A stretch of DNA of 38,660 nt, taken from UHGV virus genome UHGV-0366580; one strand, 5' to 3'. The notes under the pieces were generated by a model. The model was not told the origin of the DNA. It worked only from the letters and a program-made list of their open reading frames with translations, and did not search any database. The stretch comes from a virus. Below, one piece after another: positions 17,660 to 27,356 of the stretch. The translations under genes were made by a program, and so were the position numbers. Position 1 is the stretch's first letter; each line of letters begins with the position of its first letter.

Positions 17660-18784
17660 ATGAAGACGAAAAACACGCCCAAACTTGCTTATGCCATTCT
17701 GAATGCCATCAGCCTGTCCGCAGACGGGGACGGTGACTGGTGTCAGATCATGCCAGCCGGTCGGGTAAAGGCCCGTGACGGTCGCCCGGAAAAACCGGCT
17801 GAAGGCTGGCTGATTAACCGTGCGACCGTTGAGCGCATGGTATCCCGGGTTGTGGCGCTCAATCAGCCGGTAAAAATTGACTACAACCACCAGACCCTGA
17901 TTAAGGGGCATCAGGCACCGGCTGCCGGTTTTGTGACGGCTTCACCGGAAAACTTCCGCTTCAGTGAAGAGCGTGGCTTCGAGGTGCGCCCGAAGTGGAA
18001 CCCTCCGGCCCTTGAACATCTGCGTAATAACGAATTCCCCTGGTTTTCACCGGTGATTGGCTATGACGAGAACACCGGCGAACCTGTCGAACTTCGGATG
18101 CTGGCTATTACCGGTGACCCCGGTCTGACCGGCATGAATCCTGTCGCCGCGCTGTCGGCGGATGACCTTTATAACGCCTTAAACCCTCCTTTAAAGGATA
18201 CCTCCATGAATGAGCAATTACGCCAGTTGCTGACGGCGCTCGGTCTGACCGTGGCTGACGGTGACGAATTTACGCCGGAGCTGGGCACGGCGGCGCTGTC
18301 TGCCCTCACCGGGATCAAAACCCGTGCGGATGCACACGACAACCTGAAAACACAGGTCGCCAGTCTGTCGGCAGAGCTGGAAACCGCAAAAGGCACACCG
18401 GCTGGCGGCAGTATTGATCTGACGAAATACGTGCCCGTTGAGACGTATAACGCCCTGCGTACCGAATATGTCGCGCTGTCGGCACAGCACGGCAGCACCA
18501 CGCTGGAGCAGTTGCTGGATAAGGCCGAGTCCGAAGGACGCATTTTCAAAAGCGAACGCGGATACATGGAAGGACTCGGACAACAGATTGGCGTTGCAGC
18601 ACTTTCTGCGCAGCTTGACGCCCGCCAGCCGGTTGCGGCTCTGACCGGTCTTCAGACCGACACCGTGACCGTGCCGGATAAAAAGACCGCCACCGCCTCG
18701 CTGTCGGCTGAAGATATCGCCGCCGCCCATCTTCTGGGTAAAACCGAAGCCGAATTCCTGAAAATGAAAGAGGAAATGCAATAA
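17660..18784 (+). CDS. Mu I-like head protease/scaffold protein
   Basis: 374 aa immediately upstream of the major head gene, as in Mu. Confidence 0.75.
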   Translation: MKTKNTPKLAYAILNAISLSADGDGDWCQIMPAGRVKARDGRPEKPAEGWLINRATVERMVSRVVALNQPVKIDYNHQTLIKGHQAPAAGFVTASPENFRFSEERGFEVRPKWNPPALEHLRNNEFPWFSPVIGYDENTGEPVELRMLAITGDPGLTGMNPVAALSADDLYNALNPPLKDTSMNEQLRQLLTALGLTVADGDEFTPELGTAALSALTGIKTRADAHDNLKTQVASLSAELETAKGTPAGGSIDLTKYVPVETYNALRTEYVALSAQHGSTTLEQLLDKAESEGRIFKSERGYMEGLGQQIGVAALSAQLDARQPVAALTGLQTDTVTVPDKKTATASLSAEDIAAAHLLGKTEAEFLKMKEEMQ

Positions 18785-19731
18785 TGCCTACCCCGATTAC
18801 ACCGGCGATGATCACCGCCCTGATGACGGGCTACCGTTCTGATTTTCAGGCCGGGATGTCCATGGCCCCGTCGCAGTACAAAAAAATTGCGATGACCGTG
18901 CCCTCCACCTCGAAATCCAACACCTACGGCTGGCTGGGGCAGTTCCCGCAGTTCCGTGAGTGGATCGGCTCCCGCGTCATCGAGAAGATGAAGGCCTATG
19001 GCTATGCCATCGTGAACAAAACCTTTGAAGGCACCGTCGCCATTAACCGTGATGACTTCGAAGACGATAACCTCGGTATTTATTCCCCGTTGTTCCAGGA
19101 GATGGGGCGCGCTGCTGCGGCACAACCGGATGAACTGGTCTTTGCTGCTCTTCGTGACGGGATTAATGCGGCCTGCTATGACGGCCAGAACTTCTTTGAT
19201 ACCGAACATCCTGTTTACCCCAAAGTGGATGGCTCCGGGGATGCGCAGATGGTCAGCAATATGTTTGTGGCAAAAACCGGCTCTGTCGGTGCACAGGCGG
19301 ATTACAGCGGTCCTGCCTGGTATCTGCTCGACTGTTCACGCGCAATCAAACCGCTGATTTATCAGGATCGCCGTAAGGCTGAACTGGTTGCCCAGACCAA
19401 AGTCGATGAAGGTCGCGCATTCACCGATAACGAATTTGTGTTCGGTGCTTCCGCCCGTCGCAATGTGGGCTACGGCTTCTGGCAGATGGCCTACATGATG
19501 CAGTCACCGCTGACGCTGGATGCACTGTGGCACGGCTGGTCAGCCATGCGCGAATTTACCGCTGACGGTGGCCGCAAGCTCGGCATCAAACCCACCCATA
19601 TTGTTGTCCCCACCTCGCTGGAAAAACAGGCGGTGCAGCTGCTGGAGCGTGAACTGTTCGCAGACGGAAACGCCACCGTCTCTAACGAGATGAAGGGCAA
19701 GCTGGAGCTGGTTGTCGCGGATTATCTGTAA
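18784..19731 (+). CDS. Major head subunit (Mu T-like)
   Basis: 315 aa; start overlaps the I stop (TAATG); followed by a GC-rich hairpin (19739-19757). Confidence 0.8.
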   Translation: MPTPITPAMITALMTGYRSDFQAGMSMAPSQYKKIAMTVPSTSKSNTYGWLGQFPQFREWIGSRVIEKMKAYGYAIVNKTFEGTVAINRDDFEDDNLGIYSPLFQEMGRAAAAQPDELVFAALRDGINAACYDGQNFFDTEHPVYPKVDGSGDAQMVSNMFVAKTGSVGAQADYSGPAWYLLDCSRAIKPLIYQDRRKAELVAQTKVDEGRAFTDNEFVFGASARRNVGYGFWQMAYMMQSPLTLDALWHGWSAMREFTADGGRKLGIKPTHIVVPTSLEKQAVQLLERELFADGNATVSNEMKGKLELVVADYL

Positions 19732-19774
19732 ACGGTGAGCCGGGCTTACGGCCCGGCCCCTGCGGAGGGCAAAT

Positions 19775-20146
19775 ATGAATGAACATCACACTGTGGCAGC
19801 AACAGATGATTCAGGTCTTCAGGTCAGTGGTGACAATTCTGTCACGGTGCTGGCAGAAGTGCGTTGCAGTCGTTCGGCGTTTCGTCGTGCGGGGTTCCTG
19901 TTCACGCGTGGACGTCAGCAGGTTGAGGTCACCCCGGAGCAGCTTGCCCGACTGGAGGCGGAGCCATGCCTCACTGTGCGAATACTACAGACGCCTGCTG
20001 ATGATGCGGGGAGCGTGGCGGGTGTGGTTCATGCAGTGGCCGGTACAGATTTAGCCGAAGCCGAAGCCGAAGCCGAAGCCGGACAGGATGCTCCCCGGAA
20101 AAAGACCGGTAACAAAGCGAAACAGGCGAAAAAGGCCCGCGCATGA
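19775..20146 (+). CDS. Hypothetical head-region protein with (Ala-Glu)n tract and lysine-rich tail
   Basis: 123-aa ORF; contains the (GCCGAA)4 repeat encoding AEAEAEAEA. Confidence 0.45.
   Translation: MNEHHTVAATDDSGLQVSGDNSVTVLAEVRCSRSAFRRAGFLFTRGRQQVEVTPEQLARLEAEPCLTVRILQTPADDAGSVAGVVHAVAGTDLAEAEAEAEAGQDAPRKKTGNKAKQAKKARA
20054..20081 (+). repeat. Hexanucleotide tandem repeat (GCCGAA) x4.5, in-frame within a CDS
   Basis: gccgaagccgaagccgaagccgaagccg read directly. Confidence 0.9.
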
Positions 20147-20562
20147 ATTACGCCACTGAAAGCGATATGCGGGCGCGTTACCGCGAGGATTTGCTCAGGC
20201 CGTTACTGGCAGTGCCCCGTTCGGATGAGCTGGACACGCGCAAGCTGAACCGGGCGCTGACAGATGCGTCAGCCCTTATCGACAGCTATCTGTCCGCCCG
20301 TTACACGCTGCCGCTGGAGGTTATCCCGGCTGTTCTTGTTCAGCACTGTTGCGCGATTGCCTTTTATTACCTGTGCGATCAGCGAGCCTCCGATCAGGCG
20401 CGTGACCGTTACCGTGAAGCGCTGGCCTGGCTGAAAGATGTCATGAACGGCAATGTGCCGGTAGGTGTGGATACGAACGGTGCGGCCCCTGAATCCGGGG
20501 ATTTACCACAGGTTCAGTCTGATGCAGCGGTATTCGGGCGCAACCAGAAGGGCTTCATATGA
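20143..20562 (+). CDS. Mu gp36-like head-tail connector-region protein
   Basis: 139 aa, position after the head genes; start overlaps upstream stop. Confidence 0.6.
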   Translation: MNYATESDMRARYREDLLRPLLAVPRSDELDTRKLNRALTDASALIDSYLSARYTLPLEVIPAVLVQHCCAIAFYYLCDQRASDQARDRYREALAWLKDVMNGNVPVGVDTNGAAPESGDLPQVQSDAAVFGRNQKGFI

Positions 20563-21119
20563 TTACGGAAACCGAACAGGCATACATCGCCCGTATCCGT
20601 GAGTATTTCGGGAATGAACTTGTGTCTGTTGACACGCATCCCGGCGACTGGAGCGACAGCGTACTGCGCACCATGCTGATTAACGCTCCGGCGATCTACG
20701 TTGCCTGGCTGGGTGCCGGTGAAGGCCGTACCCGTGGTCGCCTGGTCAGTCACTGGGTGTTCTACGTCATCGGCGACATGCTCAACGGGCGTGAGGCCAG
20801 CCGTCCCGGACTGTATCAGATTGTGGCCCGGCTGATTGCCGTGCTTAACGGCTTCAGAACCGAAAAAACCTCACCGCTTTACTTTGAAAAGGCGGTCAAC
20901 GGTTACACCGAAACCCAGGCGAACAGTGGTGCGGTGATGTATGCGCTTTATTTCTCCTGCGAGGAAATGATCGCACCGCTGACCGATATCAGCTCGCTGG
21001 ACGACTTCCTGCGTCATTACGAAACCTTTGTGGAGCCGCCCGGTACGCCGCCGTTTGAGGCACATATTGATTTGCCGGGGAACACGACAACGGCGGTCGA
21101 ACCGCCGGAGGAACTGTAA
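20559..21119 (+). CDS. Mu gp37-like protein
   Basis: 186 aa; position and translational coupling. Confidence 0.6.
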   Translation: MITETEQAYIARIREYFGNELVSVDTHPGDWSDSVLRTMLINAPAIYVAWLGAGEGRTRGRLVSHWVFYVIGDMLNGREASRPGLYQIVARLIAVLNGFRTEKTSPLYFEKAVNGYTETQANSGAVMYALYFSCEEMIAPLTDISSLDDFLRHYETFVEPPGTPPFEAHIDLPGNTTTAVEPPEEL

Positions 21120-21398
21120 ATGAAAACCATCTTTATCAAACCCGCGCCGGGACGCCTGATTCGTGATCCCGACACAATGCGCCCGCTGGCACAGGAGGGG
21201 GAGGAAAAAACCTTCACGCCGTTCTGGTGTCGGCGTCTTGATGACGGCGATGTCATTCAGCCTGGAAGCCTGCCGGAAAGTGAAGCTCCCGCCGTGACGG
21301 AAGAAAACAGTGATAACGACATGGCGATGAATGCCGACCCGGTTATGGACAGTGACACGGTATCCGGCCCCGCAGTCTCAGATGAGGAAACGCTCTGA
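21120..21398 (+). CDS. Mu gp38-like small protein
   Basis: 92 aa immediately upstream of the sheath gene. Confidence 0.5.
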   Translation: MKTIFIKPAPGRLIRDPDTMRPLAQEGEEKTFTPFWCRRLDDGDVIQPGSLPESEAPAVTEENSDNDMAMNADPVMDSDTVSGPAVSDEETL

Positions 21399-22900
21399 TG
21401 ATCAGTTTTAATCAGATTGGGGATGATAACCGCATCCCGCTTGTACAGATTGAATTTGATAATTCCATGGCCGTCACCGGCACCCCGGCGCAACGTCAGT
21501 CTGTGTTGCTGTTCGGGCAGGCTGCCATGAAAGACACCGCCGTACAGGGTTCCGGTCAACTGGACATTCCTGTACGTATTACCCGTGCATCTCAGGCAAG
21601 AGAGCTTTGGGGGCGTGGTTCCATGATTGCGCTGATGGTGGCGGAATTCATCGCCATTAATCCCGACACAGAGTTATATGCCATTGCCCAGGGGGCGGGC
21701 ACTGGTCAGCCGCAGGCGTGTGTGATGAATATCATTGGTACGGCGACGGCAGACGGTGTGTTATGCGTCTATATTGGTGGTCGCCGTTATCTGCTGGCTG
21801 TCGGTACAGGGCAAAAAGGTAAAGCGCTTGTGGAAGCACTTGTGAAGGTCATTAACGCCGATGTTGATGCACCATTCACGGCTTATGCAGCAGAAGTCAG
21901 TGGAGATAATGCTGAAGGCCTTAAAGGCAGTATGGGGGTGAATGCCCGTTTTACCGGTGAGTGCTCAGTTCATGATTTACGTGTGAACTATTACGACGGT
22001 GAAACCACCCCTTCCGGCCTTACATTGCAGATAACATCTCCAAAACAGAAGGCCACAAACCCGGATATCACCCGCAGCGTGGCGGGGATGGGGGATCGTC
22101 AGTACAACTACATCGTCATGCCCTATAAGGATGACGCAAACCTGAAGGTGATCAGCGATGAACTGCTGAAACGCTGGGGACCGGTCAAAATGTCCGATGG
22201 AGTCATCTGGATGGCTCACACGGGCACATTCGGAGAAGTACAGGCGTTCGGTGAAAAACGTAACGATTTTCTTGCTACCTGTACGGCTATTCCAAAAGCA
22301 CCGGAACCCGATTATCTGTGGGCAGCCTCGGTGTGTGCGACATGCGCACCGTCATTATCTTCGGATCCGGCACGTCCACTTCAGACACTGGCCATCACGC
22401 CCCGACTGGCACCCGCCGCAGCGGATCGTCTGACCCGTGAAGAGCGAAACAGCCTGCTGTGGAGCGGTATCGCTACAGTAACCGTCGCAACCGGTGATGT
22501 GGTGCAAATCGAACGTCAGGTGACGATGTATCGTCAGAACGCCTATGGAGACAATGACCCCAGCTATCTGGATGTGGAAACCGTCTACACCCTTTCATAT
22601 CTGCGTTACTCCCTGCGAACGTTCATCACGCAGCGTTTTCCGCGCCATAAGCTGGCGGATAATGGCACACCGGTGAGCGCGGGACAGAATATTGTAACCC
22701 CGGAAATCATGACGCTTCAGTTGATTGCTCTGGGTGAGGAATGGGTCGATCAGGGGTTGGTCGAGAACCTGGACACTTTTAAAAAGAATCTGCTCGTGGA
22801 GCGTAACACATCAGATCGCAACCGCCTTGATGTGTTGTGCACACCGGACCTGGTTAACCAGTTCCGCTTTATGGCCGCGCAGATCCGTTTCATTTTGTGA
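21398..22900 (+). CDS. Tail sheath protein (Mu L-like)
   Basis: 500 aa followed by a ~120-aa tube gene: contractile-tail pattern. Confidence 0.8.
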   Translation: MISFNQIGDDNRIPLVQIEFDNSMAVTGTPAQRQSVLLFGQAAMKDTAVQGSGQLDIPVRITRASQARELWGRGSMIALMVAEFIAINPDTELYAIAQGAGTGQPQACVMNIIGTATADGVLCVYIGGRRYLLAVGTGQKGKALVEALVKVINADVDAPFTAYAAEVSGDNAEGLKGSMGVNARFTGECSVHDLRVNYYDGETTPSGLTLQITSPKQKATNPDITRSVAGMGDRQYNYIVMPYKDDANLKVISDELLKRWGPVKMSDGVIWMAHTGTFGEVQAFGEKRNDFLATCTAIPKAPEPDYLWAASVCATCAPSLSSDPARPLQTLAITPRLAPAAADRLTREERNSLLWSGIATVTVATGDVVQIERQVTMYRQNAYGDNDPSYLDVETVYTLSYLRYSLRTFITQRFPRHKLADNGTPVSAGQNIVTPEIMTLQLIALGEEWVDQGLVENLDTFKKNLLVERNTSDRNRLDVLCTPDLVNQFRFMAAQIRFIL

Positions 22901-22908
22901 GGTAATTC

Positions 22909-23274
22909 ATGAGCGGAAAACAGTATCAGGGGACCGCAACCATCCGTGTGAACGGTCAGGAGTTTGCCACGCTGGAAGGCGCAACCTTCTCGCCATCCGG
23001 TTTTGAACGTGAAGCCGTGAAAGGCGCAAAGGTCTACGGTTACCGGGAGAAACCCCGTGAGGCCACGCTGGAATGCAAATTTCCGGCCGGTGGTGAAGGC
23101 TCGCCGGCAACGGATGAAATCAACAGCTGGAACGCAGTCACAATTGAATTCGTCGCCGATACCGGTGAAGTCCATATGATGACCAAAGCCTGGAGTGTGG
23201 AGCCCGCGTCTTTAGATGGTGGTGGCGATATCTCTGCGAAGTTCGCCAGCGCAACCAGTACCCGTGTTCAGTAA
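22909..23274 (+). CDS. Tail tube protein (Mu M-like)
   Basis: 121 aa directly after the sheath gene. Confidence 0.75.
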   Translation: MSGKQYQGTATIRVNGQEFATLEGATFSPSGFEREAVKGAKVYGYREKPREATLECKFPAGGEGSPATDEINSWNAVTIEFVADTGEVHMMTKAWSVEPASLDGGGDISAKFASATSTRVQ

Positions 23275-23283
23275 GGAGCAGTT

Positions 23284-23760
23284 ATGGCATCACGTAAGAA
23301 AAAAACAGCGGTTTCAGACGAAGGCGTCATGGAGGCCATTCGTGAAGCGCTTGAAGGAGGCGATCCGCGCACCGCCGGTCTGACTGAACAACTGGCTAAT
23401 GGGTATGTGGATCTGCTGGATGGTCTGCCCTGCGGTGAAAGCCGTGAATACCGTGTCACATTCCGGGAACTGACCGCGAAAGACAGCATTGATGCTGAAT
23501 CAGAAGCCGAGAAAGTGATGGATACACGTAACGGTCCGATGCTGATTGCGTCTCCCTCTCTACGGGGGATTGCACTTCTGCGCCGTCAGATTGCCGCTGT
23601 CGGTGAGATTCAGGGACCGTTATCCCTCCGCCAGGTTGGGCAGTTGAGTGAACGTGACCTGTCCCGTCTGATGGCGGCGGTCGGCATTCTGGATACAGCC
23701 ATGGCCGGAAAGCTGGCGGCTGACCGGGGGCGAGCAGGCGCAGTGTCGGGCGCAGATTGA
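23284..23760 (+). CDS. Tail assembly chaperone-like protein
   Basis: 158-aa acidic protein between tube and tape measure genes. Confidence 0.55.
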   Translation: MASRKKKTAVSDEGVMEAIREALEGGDPRTAGLTEQLANGYVDLLDGLPCGESREYRVTFRELTAKDSIDAESEAEKVMDTRNGPMLIASPSLRGIALLRRQIAAVGEIQGPLSLRQVGQLSERDLSRLMAAVGILDTAMAGKLAADRGRAGAVSGAD

Positions 23761-23887
23761 AGAAGCGGCGATAGTACTGGGGATGGTGACGAAAAGCGGC
23801 CCGGAATGGGCGCTTAACCTCCCCTTATCGCAACTTTACCGGCACTGCCAACAAACGGAAAAAATCCTTAAAGCGAAGCAGTAAACG

Positions 23888-25954
23888 ATGGCAAAAAATC
23901 TGAAAGCCTCCCTGATAGTCGATCTGCTCGGCAATATTTCCGCTAAATCTCGCCAGTGGTCGCAGGAGCTGGGGGCATTTTCCCGTTCCGGACAGTCGGG
24001 GCTGGGTGGTCTGGGTAATGCAGCCCGTCGTGCCGGTCAGGAAACTGATCTTGTTGGCACCCGTATGCAACGTATGCTTGCCGGAGTCCGTGGCAGTATC
24101 CGTTCAGTCACCTCTGATTTTGACCGGCTTCAGGGAAGTATTACCGGTACGCTGGGATGTATCAGCAACCTTTACGGGATGCTGGCCGGTGGTGCGGCTG
24201 CGTACGGATTTAACAAGGCTTTTCTTCGTCCCGCATCAGAGATGGAGAATTACATTCTTCGTCTCAATGCCATCAATCATGGTGATACATCCAGAACAGA
24301 AGACGTCCGTAAGTGGGCTGTCCAGAATGCAAAAGAAACCACGTGGGGGCTGGCCGGCGTTATGCAGGAATACGCTTCCAGCCGTGGTTTTGGTATGAGT
24401 GATAAGGAAGCACGTAACTTTATCACCATGCTTCAGGATCAGGGGGGCTATCACGGCTGGTCCCTTGCTGACGCGCAGGGCGCATCCCTTCAGCTCAAAC
24501 AGATGTATTCCCGTGGTGCAATTCAGGCGGCTGATGCCAGTATTCTGACGGGCTACGGTATCAACGTTTATCAGTTGCTGGCTGAAAAACTGAAAGTTGA
24601 TCAGAAAGTACTTCGTGATCTGGGTGGCAAAGGTAAGCTGGGACCGGACAGTATTCGTCTCCTGTTCCAGGTCATGGCAGAACAGGCAAAAGGTGCACAG
24701 AAAAATGCCATGAACTCCTGGACGGGCATGACTGCCATGATGGGGGATGTATGGGATGACTTTGCCCGTGACGTCATGGCCAAAGGACCTTTTGACAGCC
24801 TTAAAAACAGCCTTAAAGGCTTTCTGGATTATGCTGATGAGGCAAAGTCCAGCAGTCTTCAGGAAAAACTGGCGGCACAGACAGCGGGTGCCCTGAATCA
24901 GGGCTTTGAGTATGCCCGTGATGCGGCAACTGGTTTTTACCGGGCTATTCAGAAGGTACGGGAAACGCTTCAGGCGCTGCGTGATGCAGGGTATGGCGAT
25001 ACGCTGGACGGTATCGCTCGTGGTGCACAGACAGCTGCGAAATATCTGCTGTATATGTATCTGGCCACCCGGGCACTGAAACTGGTCAGGGCTGTTGGTG
25101 GAAGTGCGCTGCGTCTTGGTGCAACACCGCTTCGCTGGGGCATGTCCACCGCTTCTGTTCTGACCTCCCCCTTCCGCAAACCACAGACCACCGTTCCCGA
25201 AACCATACCGGGGCGTGGCGGTCGGTTCCTGAATTTTCTGACGGGGGTTAACCCCGCAGCCATTCAGCCCGTAAATGTCATGAACTGGCCAGCCGGTGCC
25301 ATGGCGGGGGGCGTTTCTGATGTGATCAGCGGAGGTGAAGGAAAACGTCAGCGTGGACGCACCAGACGCGGGCCGGGGCGCGGACGCCCGGTGACGTCGG
25401 TTGTTACTGTACCGGCAACGCCGCCAGCCTCACCCCCTCAGGGCTTCTTCGGGCGCATGATGAGCCGTGCCGGTGGCTTGCTTTCATCCGCCGGTAACCG
25501 GCTGGGTATGGGGCGTTTCTCCGGCCTTTTCCGCCGTGCCGGTGGGGTTGCCGGTCGTTTGGGCGGTGGAGCCCTTTGGGCCGGGGCGATGGCCGCCCCT
25601 GTCCTGCTGGACGATAGTGCCAGTGCTACCAACAAGGGGGAGGCTGTCGGCTCTCTTGCTGGCAGCATTGCCGGTGGAGCGCTGGGAGCTGCGGCAGGAC
25701 CTGTCGGCGTGGCTATCGGTTCAACGGTGGGAAGTTATCTCGGTAATTATCTCGGCGGCTGGCTGACAGAAGCCTGGCAAAAACTACGGGGGGATACCGA
25801 TAACAGCGGAGGAAAAGCCGCTGAACAGGCTTCTGCCCGTGTGGAGCTGGTTGCCCCGGATGGCTGGAGCGCAAGAAGTATTGATATCAATGAAACCTCC
25901 GGCAGTTCGCTGGATGTGGATGTCTGGAACGGAGGTAACTATGTCCACTGGTGA
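23888..25954 (+). CDS. Tail tape measure protein
   Basis: 688 aa, largest tail-operon ORF; helical N-terminal region and Gly/Ala-rich C-terminal region. Confidence 0.8.
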   Translation: MAKNLKASLIVDLLGNISAKSRQWSQELGAFSRSGQSGLGGLGNAARRAGQETDLVGTRMQRMLAGVRGSIRSVTSDFDRLQGSITGTLGCISNLYGMLAGGAAAYGFNKAFLRPASEMENYILRLNAINHGDTSRTEDVRKWAVQNAKETTWGLAGVMQEYASSRGFGMSDKEARNFITMLQDQGGYHGWSLADAQGASLQLKQMYSRGAIQAADASILTGYGINVYQLLAEKLKVDQKVLRDLGGKGKLGPDSIRLLFQVMAEQAKGAQKNAMNSWTGMTAMMGDVWDDFARDVMAKGPFDSLKNSLKGFLDYADEAKSSSLQEKLAAQTAGALNQGFEYARDAATGFYRAIQKVRETLQALRDAGYGDTLDGIARGAQTAAKYLLYMYLATRALKLVRAVGGSALRLGATPLRWGMSTASVLTSPFRKPQTTVPETIPGRGGRFLNFLTGVNPAAIQPVNVMNWPAGAMAGGVSDVISGGEGKRQRGRTRRGPGRGRPVTSVVTVPATPPASPPQGFFGRMMSRAGGLLSSAGNRLGMGRFSGLFRRAGGVAGRLGGGALWAGAMAAPVLLDDSASATNKGEAVGSLAGSIAGGALGAAAGPVGVAIGSTVGSYLGNYLGGWLTEAWQKLRGDTDNSGGKAAEQASARVELVAPDGWSARSIDINETSGSSLDVDVWNGGNYVHW

Positions 25955-27356
25955 CGGCAAGGGGTCGTTTCGCGGTGTGCCATTCCTGGTATTTCGCGAA
26001 CAGCGTGAACGCGGTGGGCGTAATATCGTTCGCCGGGAATATCCGTTACAGGAACGGGGCGGTGCAGATGATCTGGGGCCAAAACTGCCGGAATACACCT
26101 TCACCGTACTGGTGATGGGAGAGGATGTTCACACGCAACGAAGCCGTCTTCGGGATGCCCTTCGCGCCCCCGGGCCGGGTGAACTTATGCACCCGGAATA
26201 TGGCACTTTAAACGTGATGATAAACAGCTTTGAAAGCCGTTACAGCGCCGATGAACAGCGCATTGTTGAATTCACAATTAATGTGTCTCCGGTCAGTGAT
26301 GAAACAGCGCCAACGGCCAGCCAGGATACGGCTGCACTTCTGGAGGCCAGAAGTGGTGCAGCCCTGAACAGCATGTTTGGTACGCTGGCAAGTGGCTGGA
26401 CCGTCATTTCCGATGGTATGCATGATGTGCAGGCAATGGCTGAAACCATCAGTGACAAAATTGAGGCGCTGGAAAATTCCGTTTCCGGGATGGGGATTGT
26501 GCAGGATATCAGTGCCTTTACGGCCACGTTTACGGCGCTTAAAGGTAACGTTACCGCATTGCTCACAAGTCCGCAGCGAATGGCGGAATCACTGGCGGGT
26601 ATGTTTGTCACCCTGACGGCATTACCCACGATCCCTGCGCTCTCCCTTACCCGGAAGAATACCGGCAGTACCGTAACCGGTGCTTCCGGGGGGAATGGCG
26701 GTACGGTTTACACCAGAGGCAGTGGAGGCGAATTGCCCGCAGGGAGTCTGGATGTGGTGATGCAGAGCACCCTTGAACAGGGACTTCCTCAGCTCTACAG
26801 AACCTTATCCTCCCTGCGTTATGCGCTGACAGAACAGGATGATCCACAGCGTCTGATTGGGCTTACCCCGCCAGCTCAACAAAATATCCGGCTTCTCAGG
26901 GCAGTGATGCAGAGTGCAGCCGTGGTGTCTCAGGCTCAGACAGTGGGAAAATTGCTGGATCAGGTAATCAGTCTTGAAACAGCCCGGACAAGTAATAACA
27001 CGAAGTCAGCCGGTCTTGTCTGGCTGGAAAGTGCCGCAGATGTTGAGCGTATCAACCGTGATTTGAGTGATGCGCTTGAATTACAGGTCATGGATTTGTC
27101 TGCGCTGGGGTATACCTCCACAGCCCTGACTCTCAGGGATGCCCGCCTGGCGTTGACAGAAGATCTTACGGTCAGGGCGGTCTCCCTGCCGGGGGCTGTA
27201 CAGGTATCCGTCCGGGCGACAGAACCTGCACTGGTAACCCTGTACCGTGAAACAGGAAACAGCACCCGCTGGCAACATTTTGTGCGTCGTAACAACATTT
27301 CAGACCCGCTTTTTGTGCCGGGGGGAAGTACTGTGGAGGTGATCAGTGAACAGTAA
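25941..27356 (+). CDS. Mu N-like DNA circularization / tail protein
   Basis: ATG 25941 with GGAGG RBS, overlapping the tape-measure stop; ORF-track start 25839 is inside the tape-measure gene and rejected. Confidence 0.7.
   Translation: MSTGDGKGSFRGVPFLVFREQRERGGRNIVRREYPLQERGGADDLGPKLPEYTFTVLVMGEDVHTQRSRLRDALRAPGPGELMHPEYGTLNVMINSFESRYSADEQRIVEFTINVSPVSDETAPTASQDTAALLEARSGAALNSMFGTLASGWTVISDGMHDVQAMAETISDKIEALENSVSGMGIVQDISAFTATFTALKGNVTALLTSPQRMAESLAGMFVTLTALPTIPALSLTRKNTGSTVTGASGGNGGTVYTRGSGGELPAGSLDVVMQSTLEQGLPQLYRTLSSLRYALTEQDDPQRLIGLTPPAQQNIRLLRAVMQSAAVVSQAQTVGKLLDQVISLETARTSNNTKSAGLVWLESAADVERINRDLSDALELQVMDLSALGYTSTALTLRDARLALTEDLTVRAVSLPGAVQVSVRATEPALVTLYRETGNSTRWQHFVRRNNISDPLFVPGGSTVEVISEQ

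Noticed and set aside
23724-23774. -1 frameshift extension of the tail assembly chaperone
   Set aside because: The -1 frame is interrupted by stops at 23721-23723 and 23772-23774, so a long -1 fusion is not possible.
25839-25940. ORF-track start of the N-like gene at 25839
   Set aside because: This extension lies inside the tape-measure gene; ATG 25941 has a GGAGG RBS and gives a typical short overlap.
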